A DNA stretch of 64,000 bases from Octopus sinensis (GCF_006345805.1 NC_043013.1:27218001-27282000); one strand, 5' to 3'. Positions 39,001-52,666 are shown, numbered from the stretch's first letter. Notes: generated by a model not told the origin, from the sequence alone. Numbers and translations are program-made.

Positions 39001-39130
39001 GGATATGTTTTGTTATCTGAGCATGAGGTTTTTGACCGATTTACTCAAGTACAATTCAATCGAAGAAGGCGTAGAAATTTAGACCCTGAAGCTTTAGCAC
39101 TGAAGAAAAAACGAAAAGAAGAAAAGTATG
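39001..39130 (+). CDS. BAZ2B: BAZ2-like exon (GYVLLSEHEVFDRF...RRRRRNLDPEALALKKKRKEEKY); phase 0 to 1
   Basis: Acceptor cttgtttcag|GGA, donor TATG|GTAAGT. Post-MBD LLxExEV segment plus a basic, NLS-like stretch. Confidence 0.9.
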
Positions 39131-39137
39131 GTAAGTT

Positions 39138-39176
<39 letters not shown>

Positions 39177-39671
39177 CTGTCGAAAATACAAGATACAGGA
39201 AATCTCTAAAGAAAATTTGAAGTAATTTCTGCCCTCCACTTCGTTTGAACAACATGGTTGTGTCTCTAAGTTCAGATTCTTTTCTACTTTGGGCACAAAG
39301 CCAGAAATTTTGGGTGGGAGGGGGGGCAGTCAATTAGATCGACTCCAGCATGCAACTGGTACTTAATTTATTGACTCCGAAAGGATGAAAGGCAAAGTCA
39401 ACCTCGGCAGAATTTGAAATCAGAATGTAAAGACAGATGAAATGCCACTGAGCATTTTGCCTGGCGTGTTAACATTTCCTCCAGCTTGCCACCTTAATTT
39501 AAGCTCAAATTCTGCCACAGCCAGGATCAATAATATAAATACCAGTCAAGCACTGAGGTTGATGTAATCACCCCCACCACCACCAGTGCTTAACTGGGGT
39601 CAGTTACATAGTTCTTGTGCCTGTTGTAGAAAGAATTATCATCATCATTTTTATTAGTATTATTATTATTA

Positions 39672-39811
39672 TTAGGTTGTCCCAAAAGTTCGTAAACACT
39701 TGCGAAAATTGAATTTTTACTCGCCAAGTACTAACAAAAACAACAAAAATTATTCCTCAAAATAAAGACCATTATTTTCCAAGACTTTCTACGAACTTTG
39801 GGGACAACCTT
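39672..39811. mobile_element. 140-bp mariner-type MITE (MADE1-like architecture)
   Basis: TA|TTAGGTTGTCCCAAAAGTTCGTA...TACGAACTTTGGGACAACCTTA|TA. Confidence 0.9.
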
Positions 39812-40441
39812 ATATTATCAGTTAGGTCTTTGGTCTGAAGGAAGGCACTGTGGTCAATAGCTTCACAAAATTCTGAGACCAGTAAGATTGCTGCTGAGTT
39901 GACATTTTTCTTGAAGAGATGCAAGTCAGCAATTACAGACAAAAACATGAACTGGGAAGGAATTCCAGAAGATTGCTTTGAAGAGAATTAGGCATAAGGA
40001 ATTAGTGCTGGACTAGGGGTGCAGGTGGGGAAGAACAATATGTGTGGCAAGAGGAAATGTATGTGTATGTTGAGAGTAATACCTGAGCAGATCTGGCATG
40101 AGACAAGCCAACTCTGAGGAGTAGAGGTCATTACAAGAGTATTAGCATTGAGAGAAGACAAAGGCTAGAATATGTTGGCCAAGTGACTTTGTGACATGAC
40201 GTATATTCTTGTCTTGTGCCAATCGTATCTGGATCAATGGCTCTGTCTTTCCAGTACATCTGTACTTGGACAGATCCAGTCTATCCAAACTGTGAGTGAA
40301 AGATTAACAACAACTAAAAACCACTTGAAAATTAAAAGATATGCAACAAAGTGCAACATTTTACATCATGTATTATATTTTACTGGTGATTGCATCATGT
40401 ACCGTTTTCTTTTTTTTTTTTTTTTTTTTGTCTTCGTGCAG

Positions 40442-40534
40442 AAGCAGCACAACAAGCAGCAGAATTGAAAATGCAAAGGAAATTAGAACGACAAAAGCAG
40501 AAAGAAATGGCCAAAAAGGTTAAACAAATAAAAG
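40442..40534 (+). CDS. BAZ2B: BAZ2-like exon, coiled coil (EAAQQAAELKMQRKLERQKQKEMAKKVKQIK); phase 1 to 1
   Basis: Poly-T tract with gtgcag|AA, donor AAAG|GTCAGT. Resembles BAZ2B EIARQAAQIKLLRKLQKQ. Confidence 0.9.
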
Positions 40535-40950
40535 GTCAGTTTATCTATATGGCTTTGCAGTTTAAAAAATCATTTAATTTTTATTTACAGGTCCTCCTTT
40601 CTTTCTCTATCTCACCCTCACACACACACACACACACACACATCTGTATTCTGGGCTACAGAGCTTCAATTCATGTTTTACTGAATTTTGGCTTAAGTTT
40701 ATTGATTTCTCACTTCAAAAGAATTTTATTTTCAATACTTTTATAAAAATATTTAAATTTTTTTTTTCTGCATTGGAATTCAATAATTTCTTTATTGAAA
40801 TTCAATAAAAGAACAACCATAATAATTTTTTTTTTTTCTTCAACCTCCTCTTCATTGCTGTGTTCACTTCCTTTTTCAGTTAGACATTTTTAATTTAGTT
40901 TCTTTTCACAAATACACACAGGCAAACACAAATGCATATACATATCATGC

Positions 40951-40987
<37 letters not shown>

Positions 40988-41600
40988 GTGCGTGTATAAA
41001 AGCTCCTGTTGCTTATAAAGGTATATCTAAATGCACATTTCAAAGGATAAGAATCTAAGAATGATAAAGAATAGAAAACAAAACAAACAAAATGGTTATA
41101 ATGTGCCAGTGTGTACAAGACATGTAGAGTATGAGAAGATAAGGAATAGCAAGTAGTTAGATTCTTTACATTTTCAACCGTTTCATTGTTCACAACATCT
41201 GTCTGTAGGAACTTTTACACACACACTCACACATATATATAGACATACATGCACACTCACACACGTACATACACACATACATATATGTGCATATATACAT
41301 ATACTCACATACATACATGTGCCCTTGCATGTAAAGGACTTTGGGCCAAATTTCACTCCTCATAAAGCATTGGTCAGCCTGAGGCAACAGTAGAAGCCAC
41401 ATGCCCAAGGCAACACACTGTGCTGTGAAGGTCATATCTGAAACCATATGGCTGCCAAGCAAACTTCTTGATCACATGTCCATTGTCACCCTTTATCATA
41501 CCACTTCCTGTAATGAAGGATGGCATCAGATCTGTCCATATTCAATACTCCTACCATCAGCCTTCATTACTCTTCATGATCACTCTTTCTGTTGAAATTC

Positions 41601-41686
<86 letters not shown>

Positions 41687-44600
41687 ATCTCAATTGCTAC
41701 CTATGACTTGCTCTCTCTCTTACTATCTCTCATTGTTAACATACATCACTCTCACTTCCATTACTGCCCCCTTCATCATCCTGTCTCCTCCTCTTACTCA
41801 CTCTTCCCAACCCCACCCATCATATCACCCATGATGCTTTTCTATTCAGTATTCTCATTACCAATAACCCACTGTTAGTTGCTGCCTATCACTGTTTCTC
41901 TACCATTACTCCTTCCCCTAAAACTCACTTGCTCCTGTCTGTTCCCCCACCAACCCAACTTCATTCTTTTTTCTCTTACCCTAATTTCCACTTGGTCATC
42001 ATTGTCTTTTCTATTCACATTTGCTTTGGACACACAAAGACAATGTAAAGTGGGCTTTTTAGCTTTGCAAGGAGACAGAGCAACCTTTCTAGTCTGAACT
42101 AAGAACTAATACCAAATAAAAGAGACTCTTTTGTTTCCCCATATGAGAGGACCCCTTTGTTACCAGTGGCATTTTAAAATGCCCTCTGTCCACATGTATC
42201 ACTGTGCCAGCCTTACTATTGAATGTTGTTATACATCACTGGTCACAATGCACTTCCAGCTCTTTTATGCTTGCACCACTCTTTTCCATCTTTACCTAAA
42301 TCATCTTCTCATCATTGTAGTGGCCTTCCAAGTCACCTTTTCCAATCTCTTGGATGATAATTGGCAACTGCACAAATCTACCTGTTGTCTGTGAACCTTG
42401 TGGCATATTCGGCCCAGCTGAACTTGAATCTTTGGTATTCTGCGATCATGTCATTCATTCCACTCTGTTCTTGAATTACCTAATTTTGGATCTTCTCTCA
42501 CAGTGATATTCCTTGCATGGGGATCTTTCCCTGGCCCCTTGCATCATAGCCACTCAAAACCATAAGACATTTGTATGTGTGTGCAACAACAAAGTTAATT
42601 GGGGTTTTTTGCTGTTACTACGTGTGCCACATAACAAAGACCACATCAAAAATTTTGTGAAACATTAAGTTTAACATCCACATCCTTTACAACTTCCTTT
42701 TGAACTGCTGCAAAAGATGGCTTCTTCTCAGTCATCTTAAATAAGAATAAGGTTCTATATTGTATGTACTGCAGCAAAAGACAAGAAATCACACAGCAAC
42801 AGTTTTAGCAGGGCCCTCTTAACAACATTATAAAACACTGGGGAAAGCAATATACTGGGGCTTGTAGTGTTTATTGACAAACAGTAAACCACTGCAGGCA
42901 TAAGATTAGCATTGAGCTCCTGGACACATGGGGTTTCTAGTAAACTGCCCAACATGTCCATCTTTTGTGATGGCTGGTTTGTTGACAAATTTACACCAAA
43001 TACATTCTTTTTTTTTAGTTTATTTTTTATAAATATATAAGGTGCAGGCATGGCTGTGTGGTTAAGAAGGTTGCTATGCAACCACATGGTTTTGGGTTCA
43101 GTTCCACTGTGTGGCACCTCGGGAGCAGGTGCCTTCAATGCCTTCAGAGTGAATTTGGTAGACAGAAACTGTGTGGAAGCTCATCATATATAAGTGCGGA
43201 AGGGTAATTCTTTGTGTTTGTCATTTCTTGGCTGCTGGTGTTGGTTTGTTTACATCCCTGTAACTTAGCAGTTTAGCAAGAGACCTGTAGAATGCGTGCC
43301 AGACTTTAAAAAGAAAAAAAGTATTGAGATTAATTAGTTTGACTAAACTCTTCATGATATTACACCACCATGGCTGTGGTCCACTGAGTGAAACGAGTAA
43401 ATGATAAAGATACATGATGATTATTGTTTTTAAAATCATTAAAACTTACCAGAGTTTTGGTAAGGGTGAAATTGTGAGCCAATTCCCCAAAATTAGTGGT
43501 CATAATTAACAATTTCTGGAAGTCCAGAATTCTTTAATCAGAATATTTCTATATAACACAGGTTATGTGTGTGTGTGTAGCATATGTACATATATGCCAA
43601 TTTTTCTGTTGATATTAAGAAATATCATGTTAAAATGTAAAAACTCGGTTCCTGAAAACAATGCGCAGTTGTGATGGCACTAAATGTAACTAAACCAATC
43701 CTATTCCAGCTGTTTAAGAAGATAAATTAAAGCACTCATTTATTGATTTTGTGCCAATATTTTTCAGATATTGGAAATTTAAAAAGAAACAACAAAAATA
43801 TCCTCTACTTTGGCTAGATTGAACTAACATTTTTATAATATTATATAATATTTTATTTTATTTTTCCTACCTCTCTGCCATTTTATTCAGAACTGTACTA
43901 AATTATGAGCTGTAGTGGGAACAATAAACTAAACAAAAGCAAAGGATATTTTTTTCATCCTGTTGCTTCGAGGAGTCTGAATATAATTTGGATGTTCTTT
44001 AAATCTTTTCCTTCAATGATCCCTACTTAACTATCTTTGGCAAGATGACAGCATCATTAAAGAGTCAGGGAAAATGCTTTGTGGTATATCTTTTTGCTCT
44101 TTACATTTTAAGTTCAAATCCTGTTATGCTCATCTTTGCCTTTTCACCTTTCCAAGGTTAATAAAATAAAATACAGTTGAGTACTAGAATTGATGGTACT
44201 TACTTCCCTCGAAATTGCTGGCCTTGTGCCAAAATTAGAACAAATTATTATTATTAAGGCAGCAAGCTTGCAGAATAATTAGCACAGTGGGTAAAATGCT
44301 TAGCAGCATTTCATCTGTCTTTATATTTTAAGCTCAAATTCCACCGAGTTCAGCTTTGCCTTTCATCCTTTCAGAGTTCATAATTTAAGTACCAGTGAAA
44401 CACTGGGGCCAATATAATCAACTAATCCCCTCCCTCAAAATTTCAGGACTTGTGTCTTTAGTAGAAAGGAATATTATTATTGCCTTTGCACAGCTTCTAA
44501 CACTGGAAATGTATTACAGTGTCAGTTGTTCACTACCAGTGAACTAAGGTAACACCTCTTATTTTTCAAGCCCCTTCTGGAGTATTCAAGTGGTTCCAAG

Positions 44601-47600
44601 CAGTGCTGTTTTCTGCAAGTGCTTCACCCTTATTGCAGCCCCTATTTGTTCCACATACTTCCTGAGATTTTTGCTCACTGTTCCCAGAGTGCATTATTAT
44701 TATTATTATTTCACTTCTAAGACTTCTTAATTTCTCTTGCTCTGGCTAATTCTGTAAGAGCAGACCTGATGTCAAGGGTTTCACAGGGTCTGCTTCCATG
44801 ATGCTTATCACTCAAGTACCAATCTCAAGATCTGTGCTATCCCCAATAAAAGCAGTTTTCTGAGCATGTTCTACCCTCATGTCACTCCAATATCCCCGAC
44901 AAATTTCTCAAACTTGGTTGTTGATAATTTTTTTTATTATTAAGTTTGGCCCTTGTGACCAATAAAGCAAACATCATCATCATCATCATCATCATCATTA
45001 TTATTATTATTAAGGCAGAAAGTTAGCAGAATTGTTTGCCTGCCAGACAAAAATGCTTCGCAGTATTTCATCCGTCTCTGCATTCTGAGTTCAAATTTGC
45101 TAAGTTCAACTTTGCCTTTCATCCTAATGGAGTTGGTGAACTAAGTATCAGCTGAACTCTGGGATCAATGTAATTGACTAGTGCTCTCCTCCTAAAAAAA
45201 TTTCAGGCCTTGTGCCTGTAGTTGAGAGAATTATTATTATTATTATTATTATTTGATGCGACAATCTGGCAAACTGAACATTTTGTGGTATTTGTTCTAA
45301 CTCTTTACATTTTGAGTTCAAATCCCAACTTGGCTTTTCATTTTTCTGGGTTAACTGAAATAAGATACCAGTCAAATATTGAGGTCAATGCTATCAAAGG
45401 AACTCCTCTCATTAGAATTGTGGACCTTATGCCTAAAGAAGGAACAATTATTATTATTAAAAAGTGAAAGATTAGTAGAAAACTAAGAATTTCAAGAAAG
45501 ATACCTTGTGGTATTTCTTCCTGCTCTGTACATTCTGACTTCAAATCCTATAATGGGCAATTGATTTTAAGTACCAGTCATGTACTGCCATCAGTGGTAT
45601 CAGCCAGCCCCTGCTCTCAAAATTGCTGGGCTTGTCCCTGAATTAGAAACATGGCAAAGTTATTAGGGTGTTTCACAAAATGCCTTCAGTTATTTCTGTG
45701 AAATTCCACCAAGGTTAACATTACCTTTCATCCTTTTGGGGTTTCATATCACTAAATCTTTCATCTCCATGTACCGTGTGTAAAGTAAATCAACCAAAAC
45801 CAGTACACTTACTTAAATGAATTTACAAATTAATCAATTATGGAACTATACGCAAAAAATAGTATCTGTACTATCAAATGGTACAGATATATATATGTGT
45901 GTGTGTGTGTATGTATCATCATTTAACATCCATTGTCCATGCTGGCATGGGTCGGCATGGTTTCTATGGCTGGATGCCCTTCCTAACACCAATCACTTTA
46001 CAGAGTGTGCTGGGTGCTTTTATGTGACACTGCACGGGTGATTTGATGTGGCACCACCTTAAGTGCTTTACACCACCAGAAGGATCAGTCTTAACACTTC
46101 TGCTATGGAGTACATCCTTCTTGATTGCAGCAACATACCTCAGTCCTTTGTCACCTCACCTGAAAGGTAGGTTTTTATATATATATATATATATATATCA
46201 CGTGATCACGTGACCAACCAGACCATCAGATGTTGCTACACATCGCTGGTCACAATGCGTTCACATTGTTTTAGACTTCGAATGACGCCACCCCGCTGGC
46301 TAAGCGAGCAGGCCAACAGAAGAAAGAGTGGAGCAGGGATCACCACCCCCTGCCGGAGCCTCGTGGTGCTTTAACGTGTTTTTGCTCAATAAACACACAC
46401 AACACGCTGTCTGGGAATCGAAACCGCGATCCTACAACCGCGAGTTTGCTCCCCTAACCACTAGGCCATTGCGCCTCCACATATATATATATATGTATAT
46501 TGTTCTAGAGACAGGGCCATTAAGAGTTAAGTGTCTTTCTTGTTTCTAAAAGGACAGTGAATTAGCAATAATTAGATGCAAATTATTGACCCTGCTGTTA
46601 CTTTTGCAGTTTGCTATCATAAAATGAAACTTTATCTGGGTTGTGAAACTTATAAAATTCAGTTTATCACGGTAATAACTTAATCCTTCTTCCATATCAT
46701 GAATAGTTTCTTTTGGCTGGAGACATTTGTTAACACTTTAGAATCCATCTCAAATAGCTTAACTAAACTCTACTTCACTTACAATCTTCATTTCTTGAAT
46801 AAAAAAAAAAAACAGAACGGTAACATAAATATCTTCAATGCCACAAAAGATTCTTAAGTACCAGTACTTAGCTCTGGTTCCATGGCACTAAACAGATGGG
46901 ACATAAACCTTTCTTTAATTAGTATGCTGGTCTATATCAGGTAACATTTTCAGATGATTATCCAATAATTATTTATGACAACTAAGGAATTAATTGCACA
47001 GGTGCTGGTATGACTGGTAACAAGTGCTGGTAACAAGTTTGCTTCCCAACCCTAGGGTTCAAACCCACTGTGCGACACCTTGAGCAAGTGTCTTCTATTA
47101 TAATCCCAAGCTGACCAAAGCCTTGTGAGTGAATTTGGTAGTCAGAAACTCACTGGTCATATTTAAACAGACATTAAATTATATTGATGTGTGTGTGCTT
47201 ATGTCTCATTGTCTTGACATTGTGTAATAGTTGTAAATGAGTGTCACTATCATACAAGCAGTGTCATTCATTTTCAATATACTGTGAGAACATGTCTGCT
47301 GATGGGGAAACGTTAACTCGCTTGAAAACAGATGAGGATTGGCAACAGAAGGGCATCCAGCCATGGAAAATCTGTCTCTAATAAACTCCTTCTGATCCAT
47401 GCAAGCAGGGAAAAGGGGACATTTAACATGATGTGTCGGTGGCATGTAAAAGGTACCTTTAAAACATTGGGCCTCATGGAGGCAATGACAAATTACCTTT
47501 GGTAATATGCTGTGCTTGAGAAGATCCATCAATCCAAGTGAAATCCTAGTGGTGTCACACAGCTGGCACCCCTGACACTCTCAGAGTGGAAGGGCATCCA

Positions 47601-48772
47601 ACTGTAGAAACCATGCCAAATTAGACTGGAGTCTGGTGCAACCCCTCAGCTTACCATCCAACCCATGCCAGCATGGACAACAGACATTAAATGATGATGA
47701 TGTGCTTAAAAAACAGCTGTTGGAGATTTAAATAGAAGACCTATTTCTGATCAGTGAAAACCATATTTAACTCCAGTCCATTCATTTCAGCGCATTACAA
47801 TTTCAGATATTGGTGATAAAAACTGACAGTAATGGAGGCCATATTTTTAGAGATGCTGTATGTTGTACTTTTTGAGATGTTTTAACCCTTTGAGGACCAT
47901 GTTTCTGATTGCCCATGTGATTCCTTATAATTTTGCAAATAATCAAGAATTTGAAGGACTTAATCAATCAACTAACTTCACTGTATATTTCTACTTGGAA
48001 TTGATGCTTAAAACATAACTTATCAAAAGGTTCCTACCATAAAATTATGGTGTAAAAGTTTTGAGACATGAACAATTTTAAACAGGCAATTTTCTACCAA
48101 AGGACCAGCAGTGGTATCCAGTTGATTGGTCTGAAGAAAAGGAAGTTACGGCTACATTGATTGATTTGATGGGAATTAATAATGGTGTTTAACACTGTCT
48201 TTTTTTCTTTTTTTTTTTTTACATGCATTTTCTCCACCAGGCAACTTGTCTCTTTTAACTCCCAAGTGTTTAAACTGGCCACATCAAGCCCAAATATTCT
48301 ATCTGTTTTATGTTCAAACTAGCCAGATTTGGCTTCTTGCACTCACCCTACAATGTTATTTCAAAAACTAAACTCTACCATCATTAAAATCTTAAGGCTA
48401 CAAGGTAATGAATGATTAATTCAAAATGATGTGAATTAAATAAGACCATTATATTTGATAGAGTAAGCCAAGAAACGTATTTCATTTAATTTGTTTTCTC
48501 AGTATGATTACAGTAAAAAGTTACTAAAACTACCTTTTTATCTCTTTGAACCCCACGATTTTAGCTTTAGAGGCTTCCAACCATCAGAACTGGAAAAATA
48601 AATCAGTTTCTATTGAAAATATTTCTATAGGCACAAGCATGGCTGTTTGGTAAGAAGCTTGCTTCCCAACCACCTGGTTCTTGGGCAAGTGTCTAATATA
48701 GCCTTGAGCCAACCAAAGCCTTGTAAGTGGATTTCGTAAATGGAAACTGAAAGAAGCCCCTCATATATATCC

Positions 48773-48830
<58 letters not shown>

Positions 48831-48867
48831 AAAGCAGTGTTATTTTATTCCAAATGGGTAGAAATAT

Positions 48868-49850
48868 AGGAAAACTAGAAATTGAAAATGCACTGAGAAT
48901 AGTTAAAATATTTCTTATTATATTTAAAGATTTAACCGGTTTCACAGTTTACACTGATTTTCAAAAGTTTGAATTAGAAAAATATGGCTCATGTCACAGC
49001 TGTTTTGCTTCTGACTGGTGTTTGAAGCTTGTCCTATCTTTATAGGGAGTTCATGGCTCAAATTAGTACATGTTTTGAATAGGGTTTGATTGGTAGAGGA
49101 TAGTCCACATGATTGCTCTTAGAAATTTTTTGTAGGTTCCCCACTTAGAAATTTTTTGTAGCATCAAGGGACAATGTTTAGCATAGTAAGTTACGGCTGA
49201 TACAGTTGACTGAACAAGTCAAGTGGTGGTATTTAACAACCAAAGTTCTGAATATTTTCTGCCAAGTGTTTGTAAAGAATGAACACATGATTAAGTTTAG
49301 AACCTTCTGTACGTTTCCCACTACGTCCATGCGTTAGTGTCATGTGGCAGTATATTTTGCACCTAAAATGAAGGCCAGCACAGTTGAGTGATCATATTTA
49401 GTTACAATCAAGGCACTCCAAACTTAATCTGTCTGGTGGAAGAGTGGACAGGAGTCATTTATATGTAGTCCAGTGGCTAAAGTTTAGGTTGTTAGCTGTG
49501 TAGGTTCCTCATATTAAGCAGCAGAATGAGTTTTGTGTGTGAATAGTTATTTTTGTATATATTTCATTAAAGTTTGTTAAGTCTGGGTTTGTATTTTTGT
49601 ATGAAAATATACTCTTTGTTTATCCATACACGGATAAACTAATTTGAGCCATGAACTCCCTATAAACATAGGGCAAACTTCAAGCACTAGTCAGAAGCAA
49701 AACAGCTGCAACATAAGCCACGTTTTTCTATTTCAAATTTGTGAAAATCAATGTAACCTGCGAAACCGGTTAAGTCTTTAAATATAATTAAATATAATAA
49801 TAAAAAATATTTTAACAATTCTCAGTGCATTTTCAACTTTCATTTTTCCT
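48868..49850. mobile_element. Non-autonomous fold-back DNA element, about 980 bp, with about 200-bp TIRs; superfamily unresolved
   Basis: About 48868-49068 is the reverse complement of about 49635-49850 (e.g. GAAAATGCACTGAGAAT / ATTCTCAGTGCATTTTC and GGGAGTTCATGGCTCAAATTAG / CTAATTTGAGCCATGAACTCCC). No ORF inside. Confidence 0.88.
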
Positions 49851-49939
49851 CTGTGTGTATGTGTATATCTATGTATATATATTTGTGTGTATGTATATGT
49901 ATTTATGTGTGTGTATATGTATATGTATGTGTGTGTATG

Positions 49940-50004
<65 letters not shown>

Positions 50005-50650
50005 CATATGTATGTATATATCCATGTATACATATCTATGTGTGTGTGTGTCTTTGTATCTGTGTTTATCCCCACAAAACCACTTGACAACTGGTCTTGA
50101 TGTGTTTGCTTCCCCGTAACTTAGTGGTTCCACAAAAGGGGCCGATAGAATAAATACCTGGCTTTAATTAAAAAAAATTTTAAAAGCTCTGGGCTCAATT
50201 CATACAACTAAAATTCAAAGCAGTGTCCCAGCATGGCCACAATCAAATGACAGAAACAAGTAGAAGAATAAAAGAATATATCACTGTATCTGTCTGAACT
50301 TGTTGACTACTACAGTCACATCATTTGGCGTATAAACACCTTTCAGTGTTTCATACATATGCTCTTGTAATCAAATACTATCATCAGCATCATCATCATT
50401 TATCATATGTATTTGTATTAACACTGTACTGATACTAATTAGTATTGACACTGTATTGGCACTAATTAAATATATTTAATTAGTGTCAACTCTAGTATAA
50501 GTAGGTTAGCTCCTAATAATCAATTTTACAACTCTGCTCCTATACCAGGTTATAGTTATATAGGGGTTCCTAATGTCTTTGGGGCTCGGAATTGACTCTG
50601 ATTAAGGTTGGAGTGCACAGGCGATATATATATATATATATATATATATA

Positions 50651-51822
50651 TCATCATCATCGTTTAACGTCCGCTTTCCGCGCTAGCACGGGTTGGACGG
50701 TTCGACCGGGTCTGGGAAGCCAGGGGCCGCTCCAGGCTCCAGTCTGAATCTGGCAGAGTTTCTACGGCTGGATGCCCTTCCTAACGCCAACCACTCCGTG
50801 AGTGGATTGGGTGCTTTTTACGTGCCACCTGCACAGGGGCCGGAGGGTCCGGCATCGTCACGATCGGTTCGAGCATTTTAACGTGTCAGCGGCACGGGGG
50901 CAACGAGGTCCGGGGTACTTTGGGGATCGGGGTACTTTGGGGATCCGGGGTACTTAGAATGGGTAGGGGGTATGTGGAATTGCTGCAGAAAGCAGCCCGG
51001 GTCTTTGTAGTCACAGCATATCTCCAGAGATCTCGGTCCTTCGCCATTGCCTCAGTGAGGCCCAATGCTCTGAGGTCATGCTTGACAACCTCATCCCATG
51101 TCTTCCTGGGTCTACCTCTCCCCCTGATACCTTCAACTGTTTGGGAGTGGCACTTCTTCACACATCTCTCTTCATCCATCCGCAGCACATGACCATACCA
51201 TCGCAAGCGTCGCTCTTGCACACCACATCTGATGCTTCTTATATCCAGCATTTCTCTCAGGATACTTACACTCTGTTTTGCGTGCACACTGACACTACAC
51301 ATCCAGCGGATCATGCTAACTTCATTTCTTTCAAGTCTACGCATGTCTTCTGCAGTCACAGCCCATGTTTCATTACCGTGAAGCATGGCAGTTCGCACAC
51401 ATGCATCATACAATCTACCTTTTGCTCTGAGGGAGAGACCTTTTGTTGCCAGTAGGGGTAGGAGCTTTCTGAACTTTGCCCAGGCTATTCGTATTCTAGT
51501 GGTGATACTCTCTGTGCATCCACCTCCGCTACTAACTTGGTCACCCAGGTAGCGGAAACTATCAACTACTTCTAGTTTCTCTCCCTGGAGTGTGATGGAA
51601 TCTGTTTTCTGAGTGTCTGTTGTGTCTATTGTCCCTGTGCATCTGCCGCACATGAAAGCTATCTTATCTGTTAATTTCCCTTTAATGTTGCTGCACCTCT
51701 TATGTGTCCATAACTTACATTGGGTGCATCTTATGGAGTTTCTACCTGTACCTTTCCTACAGGTTGAGCAGGGCCACCTACCCGAGGGGATGTGTGCTGA
51801 GTACCTCTTGCTGCTTACTAAT
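50651..51822 (-). mobile_element. 5'-truncated RTE-X-type LINE with 3'UTR and (GAT)n tail, inserted in a (TA)n tract
   Basis: Stop-free frame 51821 to 50886 encodes a PHD-like finger, EVVDSFRYLG, RRLRWYGHVLR and GRGRPRKTWDE. The 3' end is GGACGTTAAACGATGATGATGAT, with TA repeats on both flanks. Confidence 0.95.
50886..51821 (-). pseudogene. RTE-X ORF2 C-terminal fragment (312 codons open; begins upstream of the ATG-called ORF)
   Basis: In-frame translation LVSSKRYSAHIPSGRWPCSTC...MCGRC...KTR; truncated at the 5' end. Confidence 0.9.
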
Positions 51823-52180
51823 ACATATATATATATATATACACATGGATGGATGGACGGACGGACAGACGAAGATATATATAGCTAATTTGTTTTTAAC
51901 AGTTAAACTTGAAGCAGATGAAGCTATAAATTGTAGTGTGTAAAATATTCTGGTTAAAAATGATTTTTGATACAAAAAGTCAAAAGCTGCCTGTGAGATA
52001 TAAACGTGTGTGTGTGAAATAATATCAATTGTTTGTCATTATGTTGTAAATTGTAATTATTACAGCAATAAATCAAATATTGTATATAAATATAATTTTA
52101 TATTGGAATGGTTGAAGAGGATATGAAATATTTCAGATTCAAGAAAATATTTACCAAAGATGAATTTAAAGTTGTTGCAA

Positions 52181-52212
<32 letters not shown>

Positions 52213-52288
52213 CCTCTCTCTCTCTTCTGAATTCTACCAATTATTGCTGGACGCAATCTTGACCATTTCTATTGTTGTTTCATTATAG

Positions 52289-52327
52289 AAAACGCGTACA
52301 AACAAGTACGCTGGGAACAGCATATAG
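52289..52327 (+). CDS. BAZ2B: Candidate 39-nt frame-preserving cassette exon of the BAZ2-like gene (ENAYKQVRWEQHI-A)
   Basis: Acceptor tttcattatag|AA, donor ATAG|GTTAGT, phase 1 to 1 like the host intron, no stops. Not needed for frame continuity. Confidence 0.55.
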   Translation, partial: KTRTNKYAGNSI

Positions 52328-52666
52328 GTTAGTTTAACCATTTATGCATTTGCTTTTTGGTCTTCGTTTGTTGAACAGTTTTTTTGTTTTTTTTTTCTTT
52401 TGCCTTAATTCTTGTTTGCTTGCCTTGACATCATGTCTTTGTTCTGTTCCAAAACCAATGTATAACTGCTGTGTAGGAGTGAAAGAATCAATGTGGCGGA
52501 ATGATTTTTAACAATGAACATCACTGAAAAGCTATAAATAGAATTCTGGAAATTCTAATCAAGATAAACTCACTCTCCTCACTCTCTGTTTCTAAGTTAA
52601 ATTGGAATTTTACCAAAATGTCTACATATTACCATATTTGATGGCATAAAAGATGCACGGGTATAT

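Noticed and set aside
40519-40524. Alternative donor AAG|GTTAAA in exon 40442
   Set aside because: Phase 0 is incompatible with the phase-1 acceptor at 55558; the donor at 40535 fits.
50911-50955. 17-bp G-rich tandem repeat (x2.6) and the extended C-terminal tail of the RTE-X ORF
   Set aside because: Local tandem duplication in the LINE 3' region. G-quadruplex potential is on the strand opposite the element's RNA, with no evidence of function.
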